This document shows, piece after piece, positions 1 to 8,164 of a DNA stretch of 39,399 bases. A model generated the notes under the pieces. The model was given only the letters and a program-made list of their open reading frames with translations. It was not told the DNA's origin and did not search any database. Numbering within the stretch: the first letter of the stretch is position 1; the number at the start of each line of letters is the position of its first letter. Location: the sequence record KX467643.1; one strand, given 5' to 3'. A program made the position numbers and the translations under genes.

Positions 1-459
1 TATCTATATAATATAAGAGAGAAATTGTATAAGTCGTATTTCATACAATTACGTCGTATAACGTATTAGACACGGATACGTCTTATATCTTATAAGACAT
101 TGATATGTCTTATATCTTATACGTATTTCTTACGTCTTATATTCGTACTTCTTACCCCTTACTTCTTTCCTCTTATATTATATAGATATATTCAATACCC
201 CCTATATTCGTTCTTCTTTGAATTTTTCTCGTACCACTTACTTCATATTTGTTATATCATTCTCCTTGCTTCACTCATTCGTTCCCCGTTCGTCCTTTCT
301 TCACTCCTCTTTCTTAACTCGTACTTTCCCTTTCTTAATTCGTCCTTACTACTTACGCCATTCTGAATACTACACTCATTCGTTCTCGTTTTTAACTCGT
401 CTTTTCTCGTTCGTTTTCGTTCGTCTTACTTCACTCGTTCTTTTTTTATTTTCCGTTTT
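1..459. repeat. Left inverted terminal repeat (459 bp)
   Basis: 1-459 matches the reverse complement of 38941-39399 in the stretches compared; identity stops after ...TTTTCCGTTTT at 459. Typical of linear lipothrixvirus/rudivirus genomes. Confidence 0.95.
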
Positions 460-492
460 GTTCTAGATTCTTCACTCATTCGTTTCCAATTT

Positions 493-738
493 TTATACAC
501 CAAAAAATGCTTTCTTTTCTCCATTTTTTATTAACTCGTATTTTTTTCGTAAAAATTGTGATGGTGTAAGTATTAGTACAGTACCTTTTTCCGTGACTAT
601 CTGAAATCTTGGTACTGTTGTTATTTGCACTATTTCGATTGTTAATATCTTTTCCTTTTTCCCGTTTATTATTATGTATTTCTCGTCTGCGTTTTTTAGT
701 TCTCTTGCTACATTTTTCGCCAGTTCTATTAGCTTCAT
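493..738 (-). CDS. Hypothetical protein, 81 aa, paralogue of the C-terminal half of 742-1161
   Basis: GGTGA RBS before ATG; lysine-rich viral composition; shared motif TEKGTVLILTPS / TDKGHIYILTPS. Confidence 0.8.
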   Translation of the reverse strand: MKLIELAKNVARELKNADEKYIIINGKKEKILTIEIVQITTVPRFQIVTEKGTVLILTPSQFLRKKYELIKNGEKKAFFGV

Positions 739-741
739 GGT

Positions 742-1161
742 TCACCACGTGTAAATTGGGTATTCAAATAATGCACTAGGTGTCAGTATATATATATGAC
801 CTTTGTCTGTTTCAAGTATCAAATTATTATTTATTAGTTCTACTCTTATCACTTTTTCCTCACGGTAAATGATTTCCTTTTTCGTCGATAATAACTTGTA
901 TATTTCACTACTTCCCGCTACTGGATTTGGTTCTGGATATCTAGGTTTGATCAGGAATTCTCTTTTCTGGAAGTTTTTTGGTGCATCAAATACTTCCATT
1001 CCGTCATTTGTCCTAGTGATTACGAGTCCGTTTGTTGTTGCAAATTTTGTTACTTCTTTTTTTCCTATTTTTAGTTTTATGTATATCTTGAATCCTCTTT
1101 TTATTAATTCGTTTAGGAGGAGAACTTCTTCATGTTCATTCAAGTGTTTTACACCCCCCAT
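742..1161 (-). CDS. Hypothetical protein, about 139 aa
   Basis: Operon-like packing with neighbours; the start may be the downstream TTG after the GGGGGTG RBS. Confidence 0.8.
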   Translation of the reverse strand: MGGVKHLNEHEEVLLLNELIKRGFKIYIKLKIGKKEVTKFATTNGLVITRTNDGMEVFDAPKNFQKREFLIKPRYPEPNPVAGSSEIYKLLSTKKEIIYREEKVIRVELINNNLILETDKGHIYILTPSALFEYPIYTW

Positions 1162-1191
1162 TATAAAGGGGGGTCTGAAAGGATAAAAAGT

Positions 1192-1440
1192 TTACTTCTC
1201 TATTTTTCCTTTCAAGAAGTACGTCCCTGTTTTCGTTATCACAAGTTCTTCTATGTGTATTTTTTCTCCTAACGTGTTTTCAACTTCTTGTTTTATTTCC
1301 TGCTTAAGCTCTTTGATTTCTTCTATTTGTTGTAGTTTCTGTGATTTTGTTACGTTTATTTTGTTTGTTTCTAATGCTGTAAATATGTCTTCTATTTTAT
1401 TCGTGTTTATCTTCCCTTCTACCTCAACTTTTATTCTCAT
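1192..1440 (-). CDS. Hypothetical protein, 82 aa
   Basis: GGTGGGA RBS; overlaps the stop of the upstream gene; charged globular composition. Confidence 0.8.
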   Translation of the reverse strand: MRIKVEVEGKINTNKIEDIFTALETNKINVTKSQKLQQIEEIKELKQEIKQEVENTLGEKIHIEELVITKTGTYFLKGKIEK

Positions 1441-1717
1441 ATTCCCACCTTATTATTATTTTTCCATCACTTTTTATTTTTCCTTCTTTAAATTTTACTA
1501 TGCTTGGTACTTTTTCTTTGTATTTGCTTATAATTTCTTGCGTGATTTCCCTTAATTCATCATTTTTTGATACATCTTTCTTTAGAATTTTGTCTTCACC
1601 GAAACTTATCTCATTTTTTCCTATTAATTTCGCCAGACCTACTAGAAATTTAACGTTTTTATCATCTGTCGGTGTATCTATTGTAGTTATTATTATTTTT
1701 TTTATCATGTCTATCAC
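1424..1717 (-). CDS. Hypothetical protein, about 97 aa
   Basis: GGTGA RBS; coupled to the cas4 stop. Confidence 0.8.
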   Translation of the reverse strand: MIDMIKKIIITTIDTPTDDKNVKFLVGLAKLIGKNEISFGEDKILKKDVSKNDELREITQEIISKYKEKVPSIVKFKEGKIKSDGKIIIRWEYENKS

Positions 1718-2349
1718 CTTATTTTTGAAAATTTACAACTCTTGTTCAATTTGCAGAATTTACACTCTTGGAATGGTGCTATTAGCGTTTTTGTGACGTA
1801 TGCTATAATTTGTTCATATATCCAGTTGTCGTTTATATCATACTGTGCGAAAGTTATTTCTCCTGTTTCCATTCTTTTTACTACCCATGTCTCTATTTTC
1901 CCTACTTTATCTCGTTTTATCAAGAATTCCTCTATGTCGTTACTTCCTATGTATACGATAAGACCTTGTTTTGCTTCTGTCATATGTATGTATATCAATA
2001 CCTGATAGATATGTTGCTCGTAAGGAAACTCTGGAGGTATATGTACGCTCTTGAACTCTATTATCGTCCCGTCTTTTGTTATTCCGTCTAGTCTGCCCAT
2101 TAGTGTGTACTCGCCGTATTGTTTTTTCACTTCTTTTTCGAATTCAATTTCTAGCTCACCGTAATGTTTTAGCAATTTTTCTATCCCCTCGTGTATAACT
2201 GTTCCTCTTATCAATTGTATTGGCGGTATTTCTTCTTCTGGTCTTAGTACACAGTGCAATAAGTCAGTGACATAAACGGTTTTTTCTCCCCTAGGGGGGT
2301 GTTGTTCATGCATCTTTTTAAACGCTTTTATTATTTCCTCTTTTATCAT
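1714..2349 (-). CDS. cas4: Cas4-like RecB-family (PD-D/ExK) nuclease with Fe-S cysteines
   Basis: Motifs GTVIHE, GRLDG, EFKS, QVLIY; Cys in LLHC plus C-terminal [11 protein letters not shown]. Likely start ATG 2349 (ATGA overlap with the helicase stop, GGTG RBS) rather than 2412. Confidence 0.85.
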   Translation of the reverse strand: MIKEEIIKAFKKMHEQHPPRGEKTVYVTDLLHCVLRPEEEIPPIQLIRGTVIHEGIEKLLKHYGELEIEFEKEVKKQYGEYTLMGRLDGITKDGTIIEFKSVHIPPEFPYEQHIYQVLIYIHMTEAKQGLIVYIGSNDIEEFLIKRDKVGKIETWVVKRMETGEITFAQYDINDNWIYEQIIAYVTKTLIAPFQECKFCKLNKSCKFSKIR

Positions 2350-4151
2350 TTGCATAACACCTTTATCATTTTTTCTCCTATTACCTTTTTGCTTATTTCT
2401 TTTTGCGTACAAAGTTCTGTTTTATTGTGTATTCCATTTCTCATCAGTTCTATTGCCCTTTTTCTGCCTATTCCAGGCAATTGAACAAGTGCTAACGCTG
2501 ATGCTGGTACGCCATATCTAATTTCTAAGAATAATAGTCTTAGTTTGTCAGCTAGTTCCTTTTTTCCTAGTGCTTTTGTAATTCTGTATACACCGTATGA
2601 CTGCCATGATAGTGTTTGTACTAACTTATTTAGATCGTTAAGTGTCATGCTTTTTGTTGCCTTTACTATTGTTTTCTCATCAACTCCTTTTATCCATGAG
2701 TTGAATAACGTGTTAACGTTTTCGCCTTTCGATGCGTTTAATACATTTTCGTTCTCTAATATTGCGTTTACTATTTCATCTTCTTTTACATTGTTTTTTG
2801 TTAAAACATCATGGTATGCAATAGCGTCTTTGACATCGAAATATGATTCTGCAACAGCTCTTCCGTAAAGTGTAGTAAAATACCCGGTGCCATCTTGTCC
2901 TATTAATTTTGCTTCATTTAGTTTTTCTAACGTCTGTTTAATCAGTTGTTCACTTACGTTTCTAAACGATATTGTATGTTTTGTTGATTCTAATATCTTA
3001 TCAGGTTTTATATAGATATACTTTGACACTAATGCAAGGAGGAAGTCTTCGAGGACGTGGTGTCCTGTTATTGTGCCGTAATTCGTGTTGAAGTAGGTTC
3101 TTTTTAGTCTTTCCGCTTGTCTAACGTCAGTTGCTTCTATTATGCATAATCCCTCTTCGTCGTATCCAGGACGCCCAGCCCTTCCGCATATTTGGTCGAA
3201 CTCAATTGGCGTAATTTCTTTCCATCCTACGAAACGTCCATACTCTATGATCGGTAGTTTTAGGTCGTCGAATATTACAGCGTAAAATGGGAAGTTAACA
3301 CCCTGTGATAGTGCAGTAGTTGATACGATTATGTTGTATTTCCCTTGACGTGTTTCTTCCAATAACCTTAGTTTTGTCTCTGCGTCTAGTCCTGCGTGAA
3401 AGAACGCTACTTTGTTTTGAAATTTCCTATCGTATATCATGTATAATTCTTCTGCTTTCTTTCTCGTTGATGTGAAGATCATTACTACTTTGTTTTTTCT
3501 TACCATCTTCTTGATAAAGTCTTCCTTCAGCTCTATGACGTCACCGTCCTCAAAGAATAATTTGTTCCCTATTTTAATTGCCTTATAAAGTGGGATCGGT
3601 CTCTCGTCTGTTTTTATTATTTCTGCATCTGTTATTTCCGCTATCTTATCAACGTCAGGTATTGTTGCACTCATTGCCACTATTCTGATTCCTTCGTTCA
3701 TTGTGTATGCTATCAAATTCTCAATAGCTTTTCCTCTTTCCTTGTCACCTATGTTATGTATTTCGTCTATAATCATTACTTCGATTCTATCAGTCCATGG
3801 ATAATGTCTTCTAAATACAGCATCTGCTTTCTCGTAAGTAGTAAAGATTACTCTCTCTTCCAAGTTCTCTGGGTCTTCTTCATAAACTTCTGATGTTAAT
3901 GCTACACTGTCAGCATATCCGTTAACGAGTGGTGCTACTTTGTTATGAAAGTCTTCATTTAGCTGAAGTGCTAGTGCTCTTAATGGTACTGTGTACATTA
4001 CTCTGCTTTTTACTTCCATTGCCATTAACATGGCTAAAAATGACTTACCTGTGCCCGTTGGTGCTGAGATTAACAAGTTTTTATCAGTCATTAAGAATGA
4101 TTGTAATGCATTTTTTTGAAACTCATTTAGTTGTACTGTCACTTTCACCAC
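2346..4151 (-). CDS. SF2 Ski2/Hel308-like DExH helicase, about 600 aa
   Basis: [36 protein letters not shown]; C-terminal Hh[10 protein letters not shown]. Confidence 0.95.
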   Translation of the reverse strand: MVKVTVQLNEFQKNALQSFLMTDKNLLISAPTGTGKSFLAMLMAMEVKSRVMYTVPLRALALQLNEDFHNKVAPLVNGYADSVALTSEVYEEDPENLEERVIFTTYEKADAVFRRHYPWTDRIEVMIIDEIHNIGDKERGKAIENLIAYTMNEGIRIVAMSATIPDVDKIAEITDAEIIKTDERPIPLYKAIKIGNKLFFEDGDVIELKEDFIKKMVRKNKVVMIFTSTRKKAEELYMIYDRKFQNKVAFFHAGLDAETKLRLLEETRQGKYNIIVSTTALSQGVNFPFYAVIFDDLKLPIIEYGRFVGWKEITPIEFDQICGRAGRPGYDEEGLCIIEATDVRQAERLKRTYFNTNYGTITGHHVLEDFLLALVSKYIYIKPDKILESTKHTISFRNVSEQLIKQTLEKLNEAKLIGQDGTGYFTTLYGRAVAESYFDVKDAIAYHDVLTKNNVKEDEIVNAILENENVLNASKGENVNTLFNSWIKGVDEKTIVKATKSMTLNDLNKLVQTLSWQSYGVYRITKALGKKELADKLRLLFLEIRYGVPASALALVQLPGIGRKRAIELMRNGIHNKTELCTQKEISKKVIGEKMIKVLCK

Positions 4152-4362
4152 CTGTAAATTCCTGTTGTGTCATTTTCCTTATTACTGATATTTTTGATAT
4201 TTTTATGTAGATTGGGTTTCCGTTAGGGTCTGTTCCTATTATATTATTGTAGTCGTCAATTTCTTGTATTTGAAGTCTGTATTTCCTGCCTTGTGCTAGC
4301 ACTTCTATAAAATCACCTGTCGAAAACGAGTATTTTCCTATTCTAAGTTCATGTTTTGCCAT
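4123..4362 (-). CDS. 79-aa protein, possible Sm/Hfq-like fold
   Basis: TATA (TTTAAA, 4388-4393) about 26 nt upstream of ATG 4362; Sm1-like QIQEIDDYNNIIG and Sm2-like IYIKISKISVI. The fold is an inference. Confidence 0.7.
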   Translation of the reverse strand: MAKHELRIGKYSFSTGDFIEVLAQGRKYRLQIQEIDDYNNIIGTDPNGNPIYIKISKISVIRKMTQQEFTGGESDSTTK

Positions 4363-4424
4363 TACTTTGTGATAGTACAAAGTTGGATTTAAATTTTTTT
4401 AGTCCGTTTTCCTTCATTGATATT

Positions 4425-4634
4425 ATGAAGGCAATTTTAGAAATTCCTAACGTTCTTCATGAAGAGAAACACTGTGAAGATTTTCTTGATTGCGTTGAAA
4501 TATACATGAAGTATCTGACGAAATACGGTAAACAATTAGGTATCTGTTATGGGCAAAACTCTTTAAAGAAGTTCCCTATTTCTGGAGAGTTTATAAATGA
4601 GTGTGAAAACGGTTACGTAGAAATAGTAAAATAA
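4425..4634 (+). CDS. Hypothetical protein, 69 aa, CxDxxxC motif
   Basis: Divergent TTTAAA at 4388; leaderless ATG 4425 is more plausible than the 4356 start. Confidence 0.65.
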   Translation: MKAILEIPNVLHEEKHCEDFLDCVEIYMKYLTKYGKQLGICYGQNSLKKFPISGEFINECENGYVEIVK

Positions 4635-4640
4635 AAAAAA

Positions 4641-4994
4641 TTATTCAAGTAATATTTTCTTTTTTCTGTTTGTTTCTGCATTTGTTTCGAATTTCTCTAC
4701 ATATTTGAATAATTTCTCATATTTTTCTACTATTTTCAGCATTGCTTTAATGTCTTCTAACGCACTCGCAGGGAACGACACGCTGTTGGTTGGCTTTTGT
4801 CCATGCATTGAAATTAATACGTTAACGTTGTTCTTATCGTCTTTGTATGCTATAAAACCTAGTGATAGTTGTTCGCCCTCGTACACGTCAAACCTGCTAA
4901 ATCTTTTCTGTGATTTCGTGAATTCTTCTACCCATTTATCAATTTCGGTTTTTAGCTCATCTGTTCTGTCTTGTTTCACTTCTTGTTTTGCCAT
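4641..4994 (-). CDS. Hypothetical protein, 117 aa, possible PC4-like ssDNA-binding fold
   Basis: Strand-strand-strand-helix pattern (LSLGFIAY..VNVLISMH..SVSFPASALEDI); GGGGT RBS. Confidence 0.75.
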   Translation of the reverse strand: MAKQEVKQDRTDELKTEIDKWVEEFTKSQKRFSRFDVYEGEQLSLGFIAYKDDKNNVNVLISMHGQKPTNSVSFPASALEDIKAMLKIVEKYEKLFKYVEKFETNAETNRKKKILLE

Positions 4995-5000
4995 TTATTT

Positions 5001-5567
5001 TTACCCCTTTTTCGTTTTCGTTAATGCTTCATATTGCGTCTTTAATTCTTCAAGTCTTGAAGGGTGTACTAGTGTTACCATGGGCTGTGGGTAATCCGAT
5101 TGTTGTAATGCTACACCTACAATTACGGCACCGTTTTTCAGCTTCGGTATTACACTTCTTAATAGGCTATAATAGACTCCTTGAGATGTTGAGAACAAGT
5201 ACACCTCCTTTTTATGGTTATTTACTTCCTTTATTAGGTCGATTGGTATGGTCTGATTGTTTGTGATCTCTTTGATTAGTTTTTGTTCTAATTTACTGTC
5301 GTCTATGACGTACCCGTCTATATATGACACTTGTGCTGGTTCATTACTGTTCTTTAGTATCACGTCTCTGATTTCTACTTTTTTGATTACCAGTAAATGC
5401 CATAAGTAGTTTTTCAAGTTTTCCCTTTGGAATGGTAATGTAAACTCATCACTTTTTGCTTCTTCAACTAGTTCAACTTTTTGTGTTTCTGTGTTTGCTA
5501 TTTCAACATTTTCTTCATTTACTTCTTCTTTTAACTCCTCTTTTATTTTATCTTTTGAACTTACCAT
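5001..5567 (-). CDS. 188-aa protein, candidate OB-fold SSB (phi29 gp5-like)
   Basis: GGAGGCG RBS; acidic N-terminal tail; VEIRDVI and LFSTSQGVYYSL resemble the phi29-type SSB pattern. Confidence 0.75.
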   Translation of the reverse strand: MVSSKDKIKEELKEEVNEENVEIANTETQKVELVEEAKSDEFTLPFQRENLKNYLWHLLVIKKVEIRDVILKNSNEPAQVSYIDGYVIDDSKLEQKLIKEITNNQTIPIDLIKEVNNHKKEVYLFSTSQGVYYSLLRSVIPKLKNGAVIVGVALQQSDYPQPMVTLVHPSRLEELKTQYEALTKTKKG

Positions 5568-5791
5568 TGTTTAATCGCCTCCTTTATCTCTTCAGGGTAT
5601 GAGTCATACAATTCGCAAAATTCTAAAAAAATTCTCTCACTTTGACTTAACGCCTCAAGGGGTAACCCTTGAGGATTTACTATTTTTTGACATTCATCAA
5701 ACGCGGGCATTTTTGTTCTATCATAAATTGTAGCACAATTGATATTTAAATTTTTCTGTATGCGTTGGTTGTCTTCATTAATGAGTTTCAT
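5561..5791 (-). CDS. Hypothetical protein, 76 aa
   Basis: Overlaps the next start codon; plausible composition. Confidence 0.7.
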   Translation of the reverse strand: MKLINEDNQRIQKNLNINCATIYDRTKMPAFDECQKIVNPQGLPLEALSQSERIFLEFCELYDSYPEEIKEAIKQW

Positions 5792-5848
5792 GGGAAGAAA
5801 TATTATTTGAAACTTGAAAAAAACTAATGATAAAAAAAGAGAAATGAA

Positions 5849-6013
5849 TTATGCTCCTCTTCTTTGGAGATATTCTTCTAAAGCTTCTTTAATTACGTCA
5901 TTAACTCTTCTATCATGTTCTGCACAATAGACTTTTAGACGTTTTTTTAGAGACTTAGGGATGTAAATTCCAAAAGATACCTTTTCATCTTCTTTTTCTT
6001 CTTGTTCTGTCAT
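5849..6013 (-). CDS. svtR: Ribbon-helix-helix transcription regulator, SvtR (SIRV1 ORF56b)-like, 54 aa; not in the ORF track
   Basis: Translation MTEQEEKEDEKVSFGIYIPKSLKKRLKVYCAEHDRRVNDVIKEALEEYLQRRGA; the FGIY...LK.RLKVYCA...EEYLQ+R pattern matches SvtR as recalled; GGTGA RBS and own promoter. Confidence 0.85.
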   Translation of the reverse strand: MTEQEEKEDEKVSFGIYIPKSLKKRLKVYCAEHDRRVNDVIKEALEEYLQRRGA

Positions 6014-6046
6014 TTTCTCACCTAGGTTGTATTTAGTATTAATCGA

Positions 6047-6064
6047 TATTTAAAGCTTTTTCTA
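6047..6064 (-). promoter_or_regulatory. BRE-TATA promoter of the svtR-like gene
   Basis: TAGAAAAAGCTTTAAATA on the minus strand, about 34 nt upstream of the ATG. Confidence 0.7.
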
Positions 6065-6148
6065 AAAATAAGTTTAGAAGAAAGATGGAAAGAGAAGAGA
6101 GTAAAGAAACAAATTTTTTATCGAAAAATAGAAGAGTAGAAGTTTATC

Positions 6149-6162
6149 GAAAAATTTAAATA
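6149..6162 (+). promoter_or_regulatory. Strong early-type BRE-TATA promoter
   Basis: GAAAAATTTAAATA, 24 nt upstream of ATG 6186. Confidence 0.8.
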
Positions 6163-6176
6163 CCCGTTTTATATAT

Positions 6177-6923
6177 ATGTTGTTAATGCACGGTTTAGAA
6201 GTAAAACAAATGAAGATACTTTATAAGTTACCTAAAGTTTTTTTGACACCCGATTTAAATAAATTTTCTATCACAAGAAACTTTGCAGATTGTTTTTATT
6301 ACGAATCACATTCCGGACTAACGAAAGAAGGTTGTGTGATATTTAATGGTGAAATCAGAAGGACACGTGGAATCTTCTATACACCAATACCGCCCGCTTT
6401 TGAAATATCTTACAGAAGGAAAATGATAAGTGATGAAGCAGATATTAAACTAATATTAGATAGGATTAGTCTTGCTGGTGCTACTCTAAATACAGCATCG
6501 TTTCTAATTAAATGGGATAATTATGGATTTAAGCTTTACGATAAGTTCATCAAAGGAGGAATGTATGAGTTTCCTTTACTGTTTAGTCAAGGACATCTAT
6601 ATGTTTACAACATCCCTAGGGTGAGGGAGGCATATAGGATTATCTATGAAAACGATAACCAAAAGGAGGAAATTGATAGTGAGATGTTTGAAGAGATTAA
6701 CGAATTTAGCGTATACAATCATGCTATCAAGTTTGATAAGAAAGTGCTGAAATTAAAAGAATTGTACGTTTCACCTGGTCAAGGAGTAGTCATATATACA
6801 CTAGATGACGTCACACTTGTTTCAGAGTCACAAGACCACGAGAAAGTCGAGAAATTTGTGTATAAGAATTCGTGGATACTGTTTTCACATCGTGCCCCAC
6901 GTAACCAAGATCAAAGAGATTAA
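6177..6923 (+). CDS. acrIIIB1: Anti-CRISPR AcrIIIB1 homologue (SIRV2 gp48 family; type III-B inhibitor)
   Basis: EVKQ..LP.VFL...LNKF.I.+NF..C.YY.S.SG.T.EGCV, YEFPL, QGHL.VYN.P, YNH...F.K.VL, S.DH and W.LFSH..PR match the AcrIIIB1 sequence as recalled; about 245 aa; true start probably 6186. Confidence 0.85.
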   Translation: MLLMHGLEVKQMKILYKLPKVFLTPDLNKFSITRNFADCFYYESHSGLTKEGCVIFNGEIRRTRGIFYTPIPPAFEISYRRKMISDEADIKLILDRISLAGATLNTASFLIKWDNYGFKLYDKFIKGGMYEFPLLFSQGHLYVYNIPRVREAYRIIYENDNQKEEIDSEMFEEINEFSVYNHAIKFDKKVLKLKELYVSPGQGVVIYTLDDVTLVSESQDHEKVEKFVYKNSWILFSHRAPRNQDQRD

Positions 6924-6974
6924 CATTTTTTTATGATTCTTCTTAATCGAGAAAAATGTTTCTAGAGATTTGTC

Positions 6975-6988
6975 GAAAAATTTAAATA
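6975..6988 (+). promoter_or_regulatory. Strong early-type BRE-TATA promoter
   Basis: GAAAAATTTAAATA, identical to 6149-6162; 21 nt before ATG 7009. Confidence 0.8.
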
Positions 6989-7008
6989 TTTATTTTGTGT
7001 ATTTTTAA

Positions 7009-7239
7009 ATGATAAACATGGGTGGGAAAACATTAATTATAAATTGGGAAAACCCGTTAAATAGAGATGCATATACGGAAATAGGAAAATTGATGGTGTT
7101 AGTTTTGCCGTATGTAATTAATATTGAGATTGTAGATACTGAAGGTTGTATAATGGAAATAGATGGTACAATAGAAGATGAGATAAAGGAGTTAAGTAGA
7201 TTCTTAAAGTATGTTGAAGTGTCTTTTGCAGAAGAATAA
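7009..7239 (+). CDS. Small acidic early protein, 76 aa, candidate anti-defence gene
   Basis: Own promoter, T-rich terminator, next to acrIIIB1. Confidence 0.75.
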   Translation: MINMGGKTLIINWENPLNRDAYTEIGKLMVLVLPYVINIEIVDTEGCIMEIDGTIEDEIKELSRFLKYVEVSFAEE

Positions 7240-7300
7240 AAAATAAGCTATCCAATTTTTTTATAATATAAAAAGAGAAAAATAAAAAAAATAAATTAAC

Positions 7301-7600
7301 TTACTCAATTTCGATTTCTGCATTTATTGCTTCTGCTGTTTGTTCAAGTACTTTTAGTCCATTTGCATATTTTTCAAATCGTTCATTTAATATCTCATCC
7401 GCATTTTCTTTGGCATTTTTTGTTTCATATGAACTGATTGTCTCTATGTAGCCTACAAACTTTTGTTGTTTGTCTTCATACACCAAATCGTTACCTTTCA
7501 CATTTATTACCGCTTTCAATTCAGCCTCAAGTGTTATACTGTAGTCTCTTGTATTTATTTTTAGTTTGTACGAAAGGGTTTTTTGTTTTACTTCCACCAT
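7301..7600 (-). CDS. 99-aa early protein, candidate anti-CRISPR; paralogue of 8165-8452
   Basis: Own promoter at 7631-7644; visible alignment to 8165-8452. Confidence 0.8.
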   Translation of the reverse strand: MVEVKQKTLSYKLKINTRDYSITLEAELKAVINVKGNDLVYEDKQQKFVGYIETISSYETKNAKENADEILNERFEKYANGLKVLEQTAEAINAEIEIE

Positions 7601-7630
7601 TTTTGGTCACTTATATATTGGACAAATAGA

Positions 7631-7644
7631 TATTTAAATTTTTC
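7631..7644 (-). promoter_or_regulatory. Strong early-type BRE-TATA promoter
   Basis: GAAAAATTTAAATA on the minus strand (third identical copy). Confidence 0.8.
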
Positions 7645-7755
7645 TGTGTCTTTCTTCTTTTCGTTTTTTCTAACTAAAAAAAACGTGAAAAATTCCATAC
7701 GATAAAAATATTATCAGAAACATGAGAACAATTAGAGATAAAAAAAAGGAGAAAA

Positions 7756-8028
7756 TTATCTTTCATAATTAGAATATATAAGATCTATAAGGGGTGATAT
7801 CTCTTTTTCATGTTTTTTTAGTATGTCAAGGACATACCATTGATCATTATAGTCTTCAGGTTTTGCTATTATAAACAATTTTACTAATTTTTCCATAAAT
7901 TGAATCCCTTTTATGTGTCCAAATCTTTCATACCACCACTGTATGAATTCAACATTTTCTGTAGACATATAAAAAAATTTATCATTAATTTTAACATATT
8001 TTTCCCCAAATTCTATCTGTTCATTCAT
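7756..8028 (-). CDS. 90-aa early protein, candidate anti-defence gene
   Basis: Own promoter (GAGAAATCTTTAAATA, 8063-8078) and GGGGA RBS. Confidence 0.8.
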   Translation of the reverse strand: MNEQIEFGEKYVKINDKFFYMSTENVEFIQWWYERFGHIKGIQFMEKLVKLFIIAKPEDYNDQWYVLDILKKHEKEISPLIDLIYSNYER

Positions 8029-8062
8029 ACTTCTATCCCCTAATTATCATTAGAAAAATAGA

Positions 8063-8078
8063 TATTTAAAGATTTCTC
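8063..8078 (-). promoter_or_regulatory. Early-type BRE-TATA promoter
   Basis: Shares TTTAAATATCTATTT with the promoter at 7624-7638. Confidence 0.7.
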
Positions 8079-8164
8079 TATTTTTTGATTCATGAAAAAA
8101 TGGACAACTTTCCAGATAATATCCAAAACTTGAGAAAAATTATGTATAAAAAAAAGAAATTGAC

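Noticed and set aside
100-466. ORFs 100-366 and 218-466 and their mirrors 38922-39300
   Set aside because: They lie in the low-complexity pyrimidine-rich ITR; F/S/L-rich translations with no RBS or promoter indicate a composition artefact.
1714-2412. Cas4 start at 2412 and GT starts at 20084 and 22281
   Set aside because: The extensions overlap other genes; downstream starts have RBS or coupling support.
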